Shown here: positions 1 to 15,040 of the stretch, piece after piece
Position numbering within the stretch: the stretch's first letter is position 1
Layout of the letters: every line of letters begins with the position of its first letter
NCBI GenBank assembly: GCA_951406725.2
Contig: OX597821.1
Span: 5,146,001-5,210,000, forward strand
DNA from: Octopus vulgaris
Lineage: Eukaryota
Length of the DNA: 64,000 bases
Direction of reading: 5' to 3'
Program-made: the position numbers and the translations under genes
Notes under the pieces: model-generated
Told to the model about the DNA's origin: nothing
The model's input: only the letters and a program-made list of their open reading frames with translations
The model's database searches: none

Positions 1-182
1 AAGTTTGTGTCACCAGCCCCCTTCCACCCGCGTGTAGCCAAGACAAAATGCTGCGGTCATTTACTGGGATAAAATATGGTTATCAGTAATAATAAAGGGT
101 GAAATTAATTAATTTGGAATAATTATCAATTACACCAAGTAGATTTCGGCATGTAAAAGCCCCATTCGAGGAAAATTTAAGT

Positions 183-416
183 AATACTAATTAATTAAGG
201 GTTTAGCAACGAATTGCCTCACCAACACACCGAATTTAGAAATAGCAGTCAAAGAGATATAGCTATTCCTTCTACTTGTCTGTGTTTGCCTTTTAAGTGC
301 TGTGTTTTTACTGAGATCCCCCTTTTAGTAGAAGGAATAGCTATATCTCTTTGACTGCTATTTCTAAATTCGGTGTGTTGGTGAGGCAATTCGTTGCTAA
401 ACCCTTAATTAATTAG

Positions 417-420
<4 letters not shown>
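183..420. repeat. Perfect fold-back (94-bp arms 183-276 / 327-420, 50-nt spacer) ending in (TA)n; probable Penelope-like inverted terminus
   Basis: aatactaattaattaaggg...ttccttctact is mirrored by agtagaaggaa...cccttaattaattagtatt, followed directly by a (TA)n tract. Confidence 0.85.
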
Positions 421-481
<61 letters not shown>

Positions 482-1362
482 CAAACTACAAATAAAACTA
501 AAATAGCAGCACATATTTGCATATATGTGTGTGTGTGTGCGTGTATGTATAACTATGTTTATCTACATATATGTAGTCATATATGTGTATGTATATATAT
601 GCATCTATGTATATGTGTATGTATATACATATGTACACATATATATTTATATATGTGTATATGTACATGTAAGAACATTTACATGTCATGTATATGTGTG
701 TGTATACGTATGTATGTATGCATGCCTATATATAAACTCACACGTACTCACCATCATACAACCACGTAGACAAAATATGAAACACATACAACCATACCCT
801 TCCAACAACAAATTACCATTACTACCCTCACCTTTCACCTTAATCTTGCCCATCTACTACCTCTCAGTTAATAATAATTGTCAATTCCCAAAACTCAAAA
901 CAATCCCGAATACATAATATTTATAGAATATTCCTATACTATTTCTAGAATTCTTAAACATCCATATAATGACAATCCTGTCAATTCCAAATACTGCCAC
1001 AATATAGAGAATGGTTAAATTGTCTGGCTACCAACCCCGTCCCGTATATCTTCCACAGATCTTTTCTTGTATAAATGCCGACAAATTCTGTTTATTAAAC
1101 TATTGTTGGAACAAACATCGAGAATGGCGTAACTAGAAATCACAGACAAACAGACAATTTTTAATAATAAATTTGACCTCTACATTTTATGTACGGACAC
1201 CATTCATCAGTAAAGTTTTCTTATTAGATATTTATCAGTAACACTAACGAGAAGATATATGGAGAGATACACACAAAAAAAACACACTCACATTTATACA
1301 CACACACACATATATGTTGGTATACATTCGCATAAAATACACGATTAGATGCGTATGTATGT

Positions 1363-1437
<75 letters not shown>

Positions 1438-1706
1438 GTATGTATATTTGAGAATGAATGAATGAATGTATATATGTATATACATGTGTATGTGTGTGTG
1501 TATTTGTATATATATTTATACACACATATATATACATAGAGAGAGAGAGTGAGAGAGGGGTTGAGAGACAGATAACTATGTATATGTACGTATGCGTATA
1601 TAGACGCATAACTATATATAGGTACGTGTAATATGCATATATGTATGGAGGTGGATATTTTTATGTATACATATATGTGTATATATATATATATATTTAT
1701 ACACAC

Positions 1707-1830
<124 letters not shown>

Positions 1831-1874
1831 ATATATATATATAAAGACAAAACTAACTACAGTTTCTAGACTTC

Positions 1875-2085
1875 AAATAATTATATTTCGTTTCCGAAGA
1901 GCATCATTTATCAAACTAGTGGCCACCGGAATCTATTCATTTTCCCAAGTAGAAGCATTCAGCTTATTCCTGTTGGAATTCTTCGAAGGCAGTGCGGACT
2001 GTTGCTTGGCTTAGAAAAACCTTTTCCAAGAAGTTGTCGAAAGCTTGACAGAATTGTATTCAACCAAAGAGACATGGGTTAAGGT
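1875..2085 (-). pseudogene. Degraded mariner transposase C-terminus
   Basis: Minus-strand translation ..AFDNFLEKVFLSQATVRTAFEEF.. resembles the mariner LDNFLQGK.F.NQ..ENAFQEF tail; stops present. Confidence 0.5.
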
Positions 2086-2512
2086 ATAAGCTACGGAAGA
2101 CGGTGTTAGATTTTTTTTTTAGATATATTTTGTTCCTTTTTATCAATTCCTAAGGTAACTTACGAGCCTTGTGACGGTTAAAGAATTATCTTTCCCAGTT
2201 GAATTTGGCGGACGTTCTTCGTGCCTTTCCACAAATTTCAAACGGTGAAAGATATTTTTCGGTAGGGATGGGTGTTGGTACTGCAGCTGATGCTGGCGAA
2301 TATTGTGTTTTTTGTAGTGTTGGTGTTGATGCTCATGGATTTGGAGATGTTGAAATATATGCCCCATTAAATAGTTCAATGTGGATGTGATATATCTCGA
2401 CATAGTGGGGAGGATAAGTTCTAGATACGATACCGGCAAACAGACTCATCACCCATAATCATAAACTTTTACATATTTGAATACTTACGCACAAGCATTT
2501 ACGCACCCCCAT

Positions 2513-2856
<344 letters not shown>

Positions 2857-3105
2857 TGATTCCGCAGTAGGTCTTATTTCGAAGGAAATGTTTTCCTCAA
2901 TATGGAATTACATGAAAATAGTAAAATAAAAGTTTATTCCACAAGTAGTAACAAAATTCAAACTTTCAAATGCGGGAATTATATTTGCATCACCCTACAG
3001 TCTATTATTTATCTGCAAACACACACGCACGCACGCACACACCTGACACACGCATCTATAAATATACCCATACACATAAAACATTAATATGTATTTGTGT
3101 GTGTG

Positions 3106-3154
<49 letters not shown>

Positions 3155-3233
3155 GTGTATATATATATATGCATATAAATACACACATATATACACATAC
3201 ATTCACACTACACACACACACATACATACACAC

Positions 3234-3308
<75 letters not shown>

Positions 3309-4084
3309 TTGGAGGTGTACTTGTATGTACATACGCAAATATTCAATTGTCTAGGAGCATGTGAGTATGACATACGAGTCTGCTTGTATCGTATCTAGAT
3401 CATAGAATTTCCACTATGTTGAAAATCAACGTAACAAATGAATAATTTAATGGCGCATATATTTCACCACCAACACCAGCAACAACAAGAACATCCATCA
3501 CAAACGATAATGCCACCATTGCTGCTACTACCGGTAGCAACTCTAACATCACATCAACACCTCCACCTAACACCGAAAAATCTCTTTCATCATATGAAAT
3601 TATGCAAACATCAAGTATAAGGAAAACGGTTGAACCTTGAATATATCTGTCAACAATGACAACAAGGCGAACTGCCCAATAATTTCAACATGCAATGAAT
3701 TACTTAATTTCCCCATTCTTCTATCTTCTCTACGATCATAGAGTGAACAAAATGACGACACTTGTGTAATCTGGCAACTCTCCTATTTGGTTTCATCATA
3801 GCTTCTCACGTCTCTTGCTTTCTTTTTCTCACTTCTTTTTCTTTCATTCCACTCTCTCTCTCTCACTCTCTCTCTCTCTCTCTCTCTCTCTCGCTCACAC
3901 TCCCTCTCTAGCTCTGTCTCTCTCAATCTATCTGTGTTTATCTCTCTCTCCCTAACTCTCTCTCTCTCTCTCTCTCACGCTTACTCTGATCTCTCAGTAT
4001 TTGGTATACTTTACATAACACCATAAGGCATGTAAGCTTCGTTTTACGATTTGGCATCCTGCCCTTATATAATCTTGTGTGAGT

Positions 4085-4183
4085 TATGAATATGTATATA
4101 TATCTACATTTGCATACATACACACACAAATATATATATATATATTTATATATATACAGATATATATATATATATATATAGAC

Positions 4184-4238
<55 letters not shown>

Positions 4239-4271
4239 ATATATATATATATATATATAATATATATATAT

Positions 4272-4302
<31 letters not shown>

Positions 4303-4519
4303 CTATAATATGTATATACATATACGTGTACACACGTAAGCACATCAGTAAAGACGGAAATATACAGGTGTACGTTAACACATTTATATATCAATGCTAG
4401 CATTCTACGCCAACATACAAACTTTAGTATAGATACATAAAGGCACACACACACACACGTAGAAACGCACCAACACAAACGCTGACAGAAAAAAACAACG
4501 TATATATATATTATAAATA

Positions 4520-4569
<50 letters not shown>

Positions 4570-4572
4570 TAT

Positions 4573-4631
<59 letters not shown>

Positions 4632-4737
4632 GAGAGATAAATACATACACACATACACATATATATACATATACATACGTACAGATATATATATATATAC
4701 ATATAAATATATATACATATATATATATATACATATA

Positions 4738-4770
<33 letters not shown>

Positions 4771-4871
4771 GCATACATATATCTATTCATACATATGTAT
4801 ATATACATATTTATATACATATATATATATGGCTACATATATATACATAGGTGTATATATATAGATGTAGG

Positions 4872-4909
<38 letters not shown>

Positions 4910-5004
4910 CATACATATATGCATATACATATATATACATATATATATACATATATACATATAAATACATATATACATATATACACATACATATAGATAT
5001 ATAC

Positions 5005-5053
<49 letters not shown>

Positions 5054-5068
5054 TACATACATATATAC

Positions 5069-5105
<37 letters not shown>

Positions 5106-5120
5106 CATACATATATATGT
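4085..5120. repeat. Long degenerate (TA)n/(TACA)n/(GATA)n microsatellite field
   Basis: Read directly; source of many YIYI ORFs. Confidence 0.9.
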
Positions 5121-5694
5121 AAGCATGTATCGCTATACATTCTCAAACAAGCATAGGCATGCAAACACACACACACACGCATATTCTGATATCGCTTCTT
5201 TGCCAGTTCCTTCATGTATAAGACAGTAAAAATGAAAAATAGTTGTAGGCAAAGTTATCGACCCCTGATGGTCTGTAATTAATGGTTACTTTTGACAGGT
5301 AGACTTCTTGGCTACTTTTAATTTTATGGTAAAATAGCGATTGGGCATATCATGCCTTATCAAGATACACCGGGGACTTCTCTTACCTCGTTGTTCTCTT
5401 TCTCTTCTCTCTGTTTCTCTCCCTTCCTCTCTCTACCACTCTTTATTCCCTCTCTTTTTCTCTCGTGTCTGTCTCTTCTTTTTTCCCCTCTCTATCTCTA
5501 TAACCCCTCTTTCTCTCCCTCTCTCAATCCCTGTAGCTTAATGTTCCGAATCTACAGGCGTTACTGAAAGCGGACCTTCGTGTCCTAATGTAAAGAACCA
5601 AGATTCGTGTTTTTCTTTAGAAAAGCTACAACAGTGGTTTGCCTGTTACCATTTTCTTGTTTATTTACAGATAATTCTGAAAATCTCCTGCTAT

Positions 5695-5831
5695 TTTGAG
5701 ACATCTTTAAGGCACCTATCTGAGACATCCTTAAGGCACCTATTTGAGACATTCTTGAGACACCTATTTAGATATCCTCGAGGCACCTATTTAGATATCC
5801 TTAAGGCAGCTATTTAAACTTCACCTATTTA
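5695..5831. repeat. Minisatellite, about 23-24 bp unit (gagacatccttaaggcacctattt), 5-6 copies
   Basis: Repeated ggcacctattt / gacatcctt motifs. Confidence 0.85.
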
Positions 5832-5878
5832 AATCCCAAAACGAAGAGAGACTATTTCGTGTGATATGAGGGGCTTAC

Positions 5879-5954
5879 GTTGCAAATGTCTTTGGATTAA
5901 CATTCGCTAGACTTTTGTTCATCTTAGCAACAGGATAAACTCCTGAAATTTCAC
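5879..5954 (-). CDS. Candidate internal exon of an unknown host gene (EISGVYPVAKMNKSLANVNPKTFA)
   Basis: Acceptor ctttttacag, donor AC|gtaagc, one open frame, non-repetitive sequence; no homology recognised. Confidence 0.3.
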
Positions 5955-6275
5955 CTGTAAAAAGAGACCTTCAAAATTACAGATCAAAAACATGTTGCGA
6001 ACCTGAGTAGGCTTGGGAGTTTTGGTAACTCAGAAGGCAACAAAACTTATGCCCAAACTCCTGAGTTTGAATCTTACCACCGGATGGTATTTTATGTCTT
6101 CCTGAGGACCGGCAAATTAGTTTGCAGTGAATACTCTCGAAGGATATCAGTATCGCACTTGGTACTCTTTGAGGATTTAGTACACGATTCATGAATTTTT
6201 GACTTTAGGGAATTATTGTCATTATAATCAGTTGTTATCGTTTAACCTCGTTTGAGACATGATCAAACATGTGCA

Positions 6276-6387
<112 letters not shown>

Positions 6388-6598
6388 CGTGTGTATGTAT
6401 ACATAAGTATACAGATATATGAAGAATATGTGTGATTGTGTGTGTGTGTGTGTGATTGCGTATATGTGAGTGTTTGTATCCATTTATGTACGTATACATA
6501 CCTAAAAGAGGGGGATGCATGGAGACAGAAAAGAATTAGAAATATAACAGATATCTGTTAAACGTGAATACATTTGTATGAACATAGTACATTCGCAC

Positions 6599-6631
<33 letters not shown>

Positions 6632-8233
6632 AGCATACATGATTAGACACTCTTACACACAAGTAAAGTGTGATATGTGTTGAGAGTTACACAGTGAGGT
6701 GAACACACGGAGGATCATAGGCCGAGAAACACAAATACTAACAGGGAGAAAGAGCAGAGGGGTGTCTCAATATTTATATACAAACATACATGATATAGTT
6801 ATGGATGTATGTATATGGGCATAATTATATATGGTATGTGTATATGTTTGTGCATATATACAAACATACGCACATACACACATCCGTGTCTGTGAAAAGC
6901 TTTATGCTTGCAGCCGTAACTATAAAGTTCTTTTATCAAATATTTTACCCGTTGAGTCATATATCTATTGTCCAAAAATAGTAGACAATATCAAATAAAA
7001 CATACATAAAAAGAAATAAAACTAATCAGGAAAAAAAAACATATGAAAGAAAAAATAAACATTAGACAAATATAAAACACTCTGATCATTCGTTTTTACC
7101 AATTTTTATTATTGTTTTTGCCGCCAATGGAAAATCGAAGACTTAATTTCAAACTTGAGCAATTTCATTACCCATAGTTCAATATTCTTTGCCATGGAAT
7201 TATATATTCTTCAAACTTCGTATTTTTTTCTATAAGTTTTTTCTAAAGCATTATAAATTTTCTTTCGCTGGGAAAAAATTAACTGGATGTTTTGAGAAAT
7301 TTCTCCCTCAAAAGAGTAAGGGAATACAATTTTTCCATAAATTTATATTTTATTATACTCTATTTTATTTTTATTTATCTTTATAATTTATTTATATTTA
7401 ATATTATTATTCTTGCATTCAAGAAATTTTACATCCCATAACCTGAGAAAAAAAAGCATTTAACATAAGATTATATTGAATTCTCTCAGAATAGAAAAAA
7501 TGCATAATTCATGCTTTTAAGAAATTTATGGATTTTAGGAGAATTTAGTATTATATTATGGGAATTATAGATGAATATGATCATAATGCATCTTACTGGC
7601 TGCTGTCATGTTTAGTTTGATAATGCTAGCGTGTGCTGTTTGCTTTCAATATACTATATTGAATACGGAACTATATTTTCAAAAGAAAGTGAAGTATAGA
7701 AAACTATACACTTAGTGAGTTGTGATTATTTTCAATACTCACTGTTCAGAGGAGCAGATTTCTCCAGCAGGGAATGATTCACATAGAAAGTCATCAGTTT
7801 TATAAAGGAATATATGCTGCAATTACGTTAAAAAGCAGGGAACGCTACAATGAATGGACGATTTTCATAAATGCTGTTTAATGTAGTATAGCTGTTCGTT
7901 GGCAGGAGTTTTACAAACAATCATTAAACTTACAAGTCTCCAGCATACAGAACATTTTAAAGTATTTTTAGATAAAATAAATACAGTTCGATAAGGTGAT
8001 GACACTGAGGGAGGTAATAGCAATGATCCAGCACAATAGATGTTCAAATACAAGCAAATCCAACTGAATTAAGGGTCTATTGTTCATAGACGTTCACCGC
8101 AGGTACACTTAAGTAGTTAGGTTCACAGACTTCGATCGAAAGTAACCGAGGTTGTCTCAGTACCGCCCCACAGCTCTCTGTCCCTTACAAGCTATTGGGT
8201 TCTCGGTTTCTTGTCTAACTTTGCCAATAGCAT

Positions 8234-8291
8234 TAATGCAGTTTTTGTCCTATTTTAGGCTGCAGCCTAAAATAGGACAAAAGCTGCATTA
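8234..8291. repeat. 58-bp near-perfect palindrome
   Basis: taatgcagtttttgtcctattttaggc-tgca-gcctaaaataggacaaaagctgcatta; one mismatched pair. Confidence 0.9.
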
Positions 8292-8809
8292 TTGTTTTTC
8301 CTGATTAGTTTTATTTCTTTTTATACATTTTTAATTTGATATTGTCTACTATTTTGAGACAATAGATATATGACTCAGCGGGTAAAATATAATTAATTGA
8401 TAACATCTTTTGTTCAATGTGATAGAAATGGCCAGCAAATTCTTGATTAATGTTAACAGTGATGGGTTGTATGTGGCCATAAATCTTTTCTTTCATCTTT
8501 TTTCACGCCATGAGATATTTTTGTCGTCATAAACAGCCCGTTCAATGATCATAATGGCAGGCTTCAAACTCGTACTTTATAATCCATGCTCTGTTCGATA
8601 AAAAAATGGTGACGTTGTCTAGTACACTTGTGTAACTAGAAAAAAACTAGTCTCTGATAAGAAAAGGATTTCTAAAGACTTCTCTTTCCGGCTTAAACAC
8701 CAACCACACATAACCTCCGTCATTGTTCCTTGAAATTATTTTTCTTATAAATGTTTCAGTAATTAGACTGCGCCTAAGCTGGAGCACTACCGTCAGGAAT
8801 TTGTAGTCT

Positions 8810-9295
8810 AATGAATAGACCCCGAAACGATGAAAGGCAAAGTCGACCTCGACGGAATTTGAACTCAGAACGTAGCGGCAGACGAAATACCTATTTCTTT
8901 ACTATCCACAAGGGGCTAAACACAGAGAGGACAAATGAGGACAGAAAAACGGATTAAGTCGATTATATCGACCCCAGTGCGTAACTGGTACTTATTTAAT
9001 TTACCCTGAAAGAATGAAAGGCAAAGTCGACCTCGACGGAATTTGAACTCGGATCGAAGCGGCAGACGAAATACCTATTTCTTTACTACCCACAAGGGGC
9101 TAAAAATAGAGAAGACAAACGGATTAAGTCGATTACATCGACCCCAGTGCGTAACTGGTACTTAATTTATCGACACCGAAAAGATGAAAGGTAAAGTCGA
9201 CCTCGGCGGAATTTGAACTCAGAACGTAACGGCACACGAAATACGACTACGCATTTCGCCCGGCGTGCTTACACTTCTGCCAGCTCGCCGACTTA
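8810..9295 (-). mobile_element. tRNA-derived SINE (family B, Nin/Deu-like core), tandemly reiterated about 3 times
   Basis: gaaaggcaaagtcgacctc recurs at about 8832, 9015 and 9186; minus strand shows a head ggcgagctggcag, a B-box gagttcaaattcc and a core gcctttcatcctttcggggtcgataaa. Confidence 0.8.
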
Positions 9296-10014
9296 CAGGT
9301 TATTCACTATATCGATTTCAAATTTCGGCACAAGACCAGTATCTTGGGGGTAGGAGTAAGTGGCTGACATCGAGCCCAGCATTCAACTGGTTCTTATTTT
9401 ATCGACCTCAAAACATTAATGGGTAAATTCGACCCCAGCGGTGTTTCAAGTCAAAGCGAAAAAGTTCTCAGAAATACTGCTGGTCATTTTTGTCCAGCGG
9501 GGTAATAATTGTGCCAGCATTCCAACTTATTATTCATTACATTAAGATTACATTTCACGAGTCGACATTCACATGTATTATAATCATAGGGAATATAGAA
9601 TCCCATGAAAGGAACTATTGTTCATTCTACATGAGTGGAAAGATGTTCCAGTAACTAAAGGTTCGGATTGCATACATTAAAATAGCAGGGAAGAATTATC
9701 GATTTCATCTATAGAAGATTTAATGTTGGACGTACTTTAGAATTTTGGATGGTGTCCATATCTCGGCAGCTTCAATGGAGGTAGTATTTAAATAATGACT
9801 TCTACTTGACTAATTAAACTTGGATTGTCAAATAACGAAATGCAAATCTATTTACAAAAGCGTTATATTCACACAGTTTCTTTTCTCTCCCACACTCTGT
9901 TTTGTTAATATTTAATACTCATGAGACGCACTCCTTAAAGGGGCACGTACTTATACGTTGAATGTGTATTAATTATGAATAGGGTAAGAGTGGACTTATA
10001 TGAAGTTTCGGTTC

Positions 10015-10189
10015 TCAGTTTAAGCTATTTGCATTAATCATAAATTTCATCGTAGCTCTTGTTTGACAGTGATACCATTGTCCTTTCATATCTTTCGCGG
10101 ATTCCAGTCTATTGCAAGAATTTATGTCAAGACTATTGTCTGAACTAGAAGACTTGTTTTTCTCCTCTGGCTCATCGGTGTATGAGAAC
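10015..10189 (-). CDS. Candidate coding exon (FSYTDEPEEKNKSSSSDNSLDINSCNRLESAKDMKGQW...)
   Basis: Strong acceptor gcctttttgcag, open frame to a stop at 10015, unique sequence; no homology recognised. Confidence 0.3.
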
Positions 10190-11196
10190 CTGCAAAAAGG
10201 CAATCGGTTCTGTCTTTCTTTCGTTGACTAAACCAAAGAAAATTTACGATGGTATTAAGAATATCATATGCGGTATACATGTGCGTGTGATGATAGGGAC
10301 TGGAAAGCAGACGCAAGACCGACGGAATGTATTCGTATATATACATATATATATTTATATATATATATTAATTATGATAATAATAATATTAGGGAACACA
10401 CACACACGCACATACACACATGTATATATATACGTGTATGCGTACGTATAATTTTAATGTATTCCCCCTGTACATACTAACTCACATAAACAGACATGCA
10501 TACGTACCTATATAAATTTCTAACATAAAATACGCATTCAGAGAATCGTGTAGCTCTCACATTTTATGGACTCGGCTAACAGTCCACATAGTAATCCAAT
10601 GCTGATAAATGTAGATACATACAATTTGTTTGGTTAGTTGGCTGACAGGCTGGTTGGACCGATCGATATATTGATTGATTGACTTGGGTGGATGTATAGA
10701 TGCACCTTCAGGCCCAATGCAAGATTTTGGTGTGTGGGGTTGCTTCAGAATATTCTGGGTGGGCACTAATTTGTGGTAATGCTAAAGTGGAGATTCAAAA
10801 TGACTGTATCACTGTAAATCTGAGGGTGCACCATTGAATAGCGAGGGGGAAGTGCCCTCCAGTGCAACCCCGTTAGCGATGGGCATGTGTTCGTTTCAGA
10901 TATGTTTGAATTATTCGCAAAATTCAAGCTTGTCACTAAGGAAAGACAAGTTTTACTTTTATGCTCGAGAGTATGTGCGTATAATTATGTGCGAATGAGT
11001 TTTGTGCGTGCATGTATTAAGATGCATTTGCGGACGTAGTAGTGGACTTTTGCAGAGATGTAAATACTTCAAATGCCGTTAAATGCACGTGACTTTTGCT
11101 CCCAACAAAGCAATTTCTTGGATGCTATCATTTTAAATGTCCAAAATTCAGTGAATTCATTTCATTGTATTTGTTTTAGGAATTAAAAATAAACTC

Positions 11197-11570
11197 AGGC
11201 GTGGTGGTGTGGTAATAAGTTTGCTTCTCAACCACGTCGTTCCGGGTTCAGTCCCGCTGCGTGGCACTTCGGGCAAGTGTATTTCTACTACAACCTGGAG
11301 TCGAATAAAGCTCTGTATGTATTTATGTTTTTGGGGCGTATATATATATAAGGGTAAGTCTGTGTGTCTATGTTTCACCCCTACCATGACTTGACTAAGG
11401 GTGTTGGTGTGTTTATGTCCACGTATGTTAGCTGTTAGGCAAAAGAGGCTGATGGAATAAGTACAGGCTTAAAAAAAGAGTATTGAGATTGATTTATCCG
11501 ACAAATAACTCTTCAAGGTGATGCACTAGCATGGCCGCTGTCTAATGACTGAAACAAGAAATAGATAAGG
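11197..11570 (+). mobile_element. tRNA-derived octopus SINE (family A, OR/OK-like), diverged copy
   Basis: tgtggtaa..ccgggttcagtcccgctgcgtggcac head and ..aatgactgaaacaag tail. Confidence 0.8.
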
Positions 11571-12059
11571 TGAGACACTAATGCTACCTTTCACGGTTAC
11601 ATGTAAAGAGAGACGGCGAGCGAGACCGCATCTTCTGCTGCCTGCATTTGCTCCATATAGCGATGCGATGATATCTCATATTTTGTATGTAATGTCACCC
11701 CTATGTCCTAGATAATGGGTCCTTGGCGCACGTGTGCCACGGACTGAGGAGTGTTGAATACAATCTTCACCACTATTGTTGGTAGATCTACTCTGATCTG
11801 AAGTTGTAGCATCTGTTGAGTTTACAGCTTTAGATGGATTAGTATTTCACCAAATTCCATCCGGAAAATATTCGCTTAGGGACTCTCTAACGAATAGGAG
11901 CAGATGAGTCCTTTTAGCTGCTTAGCTGTTCATCTAAAAGAATGTAACTTAATACAATCCTGCATCCTAAAAACTACAGGATATGGGGCTCAACACAATC
12001 GATTCCCACTATAATAATAATTTCAACGTATGACACAGGGCCAGCAGGTTTGGAGGAGG

Positions 12060-12400
12060 AGCTAAGTAGATTAACTGGTACTTATTTTATCAACAAAGAG
12101 AATATGAAATCAAGCTCAACCTCTGCGAAATGATTTAAACTCAGAGCGTAAAGACAGACGAAATACCTATTTCTTTACTACTCACAAGGGGCTAAACAGA
12201 GCGGACAAACAAGGAGAGACAAACGGATGAAGTCGATTACATCGACCCCAGTGCGTTACTGGTACTTATTTAATCAACCCCGAAAGGATGAAAGGCAAAG
12301 TCGACCTCGGCGGAATTTGAACTCAGAACGTAACGGTAAACGAAATACCACTAAGCATTTTGGTCGACGTGCTAAGAATCTTACCAACTCGCTGCCTTAA
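12060..12400 (-). mobile_element. SINE family B, partial tandem
   Basis: Same motifs as 8810-9295. Confidence 0.75.
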
Positions 12401-12689
12401 TGTCCAGTATAATAATAGTTATCGTGGAGCTTGTGCAGCTATTCAAGATTCAGAACCAACAATATCACACTTCGTCATAAGTCTATTGGCAATAAGAAAA
12501 AGGAGATAGATGGTCATAGAACGATAATCGACCTTTAGCTGTGTAATTTTGAGCCTCCGTTCGTCAAAGTCAAGTACTACACCATCACGATACCACTATA
12601 ACTACCAAATAACAACTCTGGCTGACACAATCTACTAAACGCTTTTTAATGTATTTGGGCTTTGTGTCTATTTTGGTTTCCAATTTTTG

Positions 12690-13035
12690 CACAAGGCCAA
12701 CAATTTTCGGGAGCCGGCGTTTCGATTTCATCGACTCCGGTATCCAATAAGTATTTATTATTTTTTATCCTGGAAGGGTGAAAGGCAAACCGTCCTCAGC
12801 GAATTTGAACTTAGAATGTAAAGACAGACGAAATGTGGAGCATTCTTCCCGGCGTGCTAACGACTCTGCCAGCTCTCCGCTTTTATAATGATTTTAAATG
12901 TAGTTACAGGACCCCAACTGGCACTTATTATATCGACCCGAGAAGGGTGATATTCGAAGTCAACCTCGGCGGCATTTGAACTCAGAACTTAAAGACTTTT
13001 CCCGGCGTGCTAACAATTCAGTCAGCTCACCATCT
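12690..13035 (-). mobile_element. SINE family B, two diverged copies
   Basis: gaatttgaact..cccggcgtgctaac..ccagctc motifs occur twice. Confidence 0.65.
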
Positions 13036-13044
13036 TGAGTTTTG

Positions 13045-13083
<39 letters not shown>

Positions 13084-13239
13084 GGCTGTGTGGTAAGTAA
13101 CTTGCTTACCAACTACATGGTTCCGGGTTCAGTCCCACAGCGTGACACCCTGGGCAAGTGTCTTCTACTATAGCCTCGGGTTGACCAAAGCCTTGTGAGT
13201 GGATTTGGTAGAAGGAAACTGAAAGAAGTCCGTCGTATG

Positions 13240-13327
<88 letters not shown>

Positions 13328-13531
13328 CTTCTGTGCCTGTGCCCCCCCCCCCTACAATATCGCTTGACAACCGCTGCTGGTGTGTTTATGTCACCGTAAC
13401 TTAGCGGTTCGGCAAAACAGACCGATAGAATAAGTACTAAGCTTACAAAGAATAAGTTCTGGAGTCGATTTCCTCGACTAAAGGCGGTGCTCCAGCATGG
13501 CCACAATCAAATGATTGAAACAAGTAAAAGA
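13084..13531 (+). mobile_element. SINE family A, full length with internal (TA)n(TG)n
   Basis: ggctgtgtggtaag A-box-like, ggttcagtcc B-box-like, 3' gaaacaagtaaaagag. Confidence 0.9.
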
Positions 13532-14664
13532 GTGACCGAGTAAAGAGTATTAGGAATTAAATAAACCCTTATTTTGGGTTTTGGTGCGATTTGAACTCAG
13601 ATCAGGATGAGCTAAGCATTTTATCCAATACAACAAATGCGACATTGAGTAAGCTCTGTGTGACATCTCTTATTATGATTGTCATGAAAGGCATTTATAA
13701 TATTGGATATATAAAATGTCGATTTTAACCATTCCGTTTTCCTTCTGTTTCTTATAGTCTTTCGAAACATCTGTGAATTTATCCTGATGTTACATAATCA
13801 ATACGATTACAAGCAAAGTAAGAATAAACGCGATGAGTCTACCACGAAGACATTGTTTACAAATAACCGGCTTAGTGGAACTTAGAGGACGTCAATGTTG
13901 TAGTTGTTAATGCGATAAATGTCATTTCTATTCGGTCAGCTTACCCGAAGTCTCAAGCTGGTAAAATATATCTTTATTTATGGAATTTAAACTAAGCACT
14001 GAAATATCTTAGTTAAAAGCATTTGAAATCATGTAAGTGAAAATACATTGGTTAGTGACAAAGTGATGTAGACGTGTAGTTTGAGATTAAGGAAGAAAGT
14101 TCAATCCGTTGTATTCTTCTTGTCACAATAATGTAATTACAAACCCTTATTTCTCGACAGACCTTTATTTCTCGAACTTAACTAAACTCTCAGATGTCGA
14201 AGGTAAAAATGTTTAAATCCATGTCAGTGAAAACACATATAGTGAATAAGTGGTGTAGTCGCTTAAGTCGAGACTAAGGAATAAAGCTCGAAATGTTCCG
14301 GCCTTGTACCTACAGTGGAAAGGATCATTTATCAACCGCATGAGGATGAGCAGTAAGGTCGCTGAACCTATTATCTGAGAGACATTGAAAATTACCGCAT
14401 GCAATGCATAAGAAAATATGCAATTTGATTAAGAAATGAAAATGCCTGATACATTAGTCTTTTAACCCTTTCAGGCCGGATATGAGTAGCATGTCTTTTC
14501 GTGCAGGATGCAAAAAAGAGAAAACAATACAAGATGATTATCAATCAAATAGATTATGACGCAAATACGGCTTATATACCACACCCGTTTCCTTCACAAT
14601 TTAACAGTGCGTCAATAAGCCATGCCCGTCCTTAAAGCGTTAAGTGTAGAAAATGTTATATTCA

Positions 14665-15040
14665 TATTTCTTTATTGCCCACAAGCGGCTAAACATAGAG
14701 GGGACAAACAAAGACAGACAAACGGATGAAGTCGATTACATCGACCTCTGGTATATAATTTATCGATCCCGAAACGATGAAAGTCGACCTCGGCGGAATT
14801 TGAACTCAGAAAGTAACGGCAGACGAAATACCTATTTCTTTACTACCCACAAAGGGCCTAAACACAGAGAGGGCAAACAAGGACAGACAAAAGGATTAAG
14901 TCGATTACATCGACTCCAGTGCGTAACTGGTCCTTAATTTATCGACCCCGAAAGGATGAAAGGCAAAGTCGACCTCGGCGGAATTTGAACTCAGAACGAA
15001 ACGGCAGACGTGCTAACGATTCTGCCAGCTCACCGCCTTT
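14665..15040 (-). mobile_element. SINE family B, tandem dimer
   Basis: Two units of tatttctttactacccacaag...gaactcagaa. Confidence 0.8.

Noticed and set aside
1165-1218. Minus-strand ctgatga-atg..cat-aaaat-gta motif
   Set aside because: GAAA is mutated and stem I is weak, so it is not distinguishable from chance
5695-5831. Short repeats resembling a CRISPR array
   Set aside because: Head-to-tail minisatellite without unique spacers, in a eukaryotic context
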